Translations under genes and position numbers: made by a program
Shown here: positions 62,609 to 64,000 of the stretch, in pieces
Layout of the letters: every line of letters starts with the position of its first letter
Position numbering within the stretch: the stretch's first letter is position 1
The notes under the pieces: model-generated
The model's input: only the letters and a program-made list of their open reading frames with translations
The model's database searches: none
Told to the model about the DNA's origin: nothing
NCBI GenBank assembly: GCA_964495695.1
Contig: CAZBWR010000001.1
Span: 77,909-141,908, forward strand
DNA from: an uncultured Chitinophagales bacterium
Lineage (GTDB): Bacteria; Bacteroidota; Ignavibacteria; UBA10030; UBA6906
Length of the DNA: 64,000 nucleotides
Direction of reading: 5' to 3'

Positions 62609-64000
62609 TTAAAACCTCACGCTCAGTTCGGTGAATACCGCGTTCGAAACAGATCCGTATCCATCAAGCCTGTCGTACGTGGCAAGGAGAGAGAGTGATC
62701 TGCTCAGAAAGACCAGAATATCGGCACCGAGTGTAGTGCTGCTGTTCTTCAGACCGGATTGAGAGATGCGAAAGTTACTACGGTTGAACCGCAGCGTAAC
62801 ATCCACCAGACGTTCTATCGTTCGCTGGACTGAAATGCCATAGCCTGTCGTTTTAGTATATCGGCTGACATTGAGATTAAGATGTGTCCGCAGATTCACG
62901 CCGCTCGAAAGCAGATTATTGAAATTGAAGGATGAATAATTGCTGTATTCTCTTCCGAAGCCGTCTTCAGATGTCCGGGGGTTGTACGTGTTGTACAGAG
63001 TCATTCCGCCGGGGAGCATCCAGTTGAGGCTGAGGGTGATACCCGAGCGAAGGCCATTGACCAGCAAAGAATCAGGAACCGACCGGATTGTCTCGAAATT
63101 ATAGTACGGCCGTGACGCGTCAACCCCAACCCCGATACTCAGATTCCGGATAGCCCTGTAGTTGAGATTCACATACAGATTTGTCAAGCGAGGGGACAGA
63201 ATGAAATCGCTGCCGGATTTCTTCCTAAGATCAAACTCGCTGTTGAAATAAACGAAAAACGTCGAGGACACGACGAGGTTCCCGAGTATGCTCGTCGCCT
63301 CCCTGTCAATCGCTGATCGAAAATACGTACGAGCATACGCAAGCGATATGGTCCCGGCAGCTGCCGGATTGTATTGAGCAAAGAAAGCAATCTTCTTGTA
63401 GTCTGACGAAATTCCCCTTAACGAAAACCCGGGTTGAAACCCGAAACTCGTGCCGAATGTGAACTCTCCGGCGCGTTGCGAGAAAAGCGCGCCGTCGATA
63501 TACCCGATAGAAGGAGCAAAGCCGGGAATGATACGCCCGAGAGAAACAACCGTTGACGTATCGTCATAACTCGCAGCAAACCCATAGATGCGGGATTGGT
63601 TTCTTGAGCCGGTGGAGAACGGACTTCTCCGCCCTAACGACATTGTGCGGAGATTTGCGTAGAGGTCGAAGCGGAGTGGTACTTGAGTCAAGCCGCCCCT
63701 CACATTCATCACTATGCCGGCCTGCCTCAGATTAAAGTCCGGATTGCTGTACAGTGACATAAAGTACTGCGCGCCGACCCGGCCCCGTATATTGATGAAC
63801 TCTGATTGTGTATCCGATTTTGCCAATACAGCAGCGGTGGGTTTGCTTGAAGAATGTATTGAATCGACCTTTTCGCGTTCAGATTCTTCTTTGGAGATCG
63901 ATTCAACTACAACCTTGCCGACGATGTTATCACCGATACGAGGTTCACGTATTGCGAATACTACCCGCCCCGCAGACGAGCGTGTACTGACGGCAAACAC
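62609..64000 (-). CDS. Putative outer-membrane beta-barrel protein, probably truncated at the window edge
   Basis: The ORF is open to position 64000. Long alternating beta-strand pattern rich in S/N/G/Y/F/R, with a C-terminal ...FTELSVRF ending in Phe. The stop lies 2 nt before the next gene start. Confidence 0.6.
   Translation of the reverse strand: MFAVSTRSSAGRVVFAIREPRIGDNIVGKVVVESISKEESEREKVDSIHSSSKPTAAVLAKSDTQSEFINIRGRVGAQYFMSLYSNPDFNLRQAGIVMNVRGGLTQVPLRFDLYANLRTMSLGRRSPFSTGSRNQSRIYGFAASYDDTSTVVSLGRIIPGFAPSIGYIDGALFSQRAGEFTFGTSFGFQPGFSLRGISSDYKKIAFFAQYNPAAAGTISLAYARTYFRSAIDREATSILGNLVVSSTFFVYFNSEFDLRKKSGSDFILSPRLTNLYVNLNYRAIRNLSIGVGVDASRPYYNFETIRSVPDSLLVNGLRSGITLSLNWMLPGGMTLYNTYNPRTSEDGFGREYSNYSSFNFNNLLSSGVNLRTHLNLNVSRYTKTTGYGISVQRTIERLVDVTLRFNRSNFRISQSGLKNSSTTLGADILVFLSRSLSLLATYDRLDGYGSVSNAVFTELSVRF

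Overview
This is a densely coding 64-kb bacterial chromosomal segment with about 60 CDS in long co-directional blocks. Many gene junctions overlap by 1-4 nt (ATGA, GTGA, TTGA, TAATG), and I used these, together with GGAG-type ribosome-binding sites and signal peptides, to trim the over-long ORFs in the track. I recognised no rRNA, tRNA, CRISPR array, transposase, integrase or phage gene. One secreted hydrolase carries a T9SS (Por) C-terminal sorting tail, which suggests an FCB-superphylum organism (Ignavibacteriota/Bacteroidota-like). That placement is inference only.

Recognisable content:
- DNA repair: Fpg/Nei and HhH-GPD glycosylases.
- Peptide utilisation: M28 aminopeptidase, DUF1028, POT transporter, PepP.
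- Central functions: rho and pfk.
- Many small detoxification-fold enzymes: VOC/glyoxalase, DinB and cupin proteins.
- Alpha-glucan and glucose-oxidation genes: GDE, MDR glucose dehydrogenase-like, GH63-like.
- The ergothioneine pair egtB-egtD.
- Signalling: one hybrid sensor kinase and an OmpR/HK pair.

Regions worth a second look:
1. A 1200-aa protein (22251-25853) built around a ~745-residue proline-free E/R/K/A/Q helix.
2. A four-gene cluster (18659-22273) with two CDP-alcohol phosphotransferases flanking a HisC/CobD-like aminotransferase and a nucleotidyltransferase. It looks like a pathway for an unnamed CDP-activated amino-alcohol head group.
3. A minus-strand run (39577-50549) of exported DM13, spondin-N, SMP-30 and GlcG-cupin proteins next to NDH-2, a GMC oxidoreductase and an FMN reductase.
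4. A T9SS-targeted cutinase/PETase-like hydrolase.

All functional calls come from motif recognition by eye. No database search was run.
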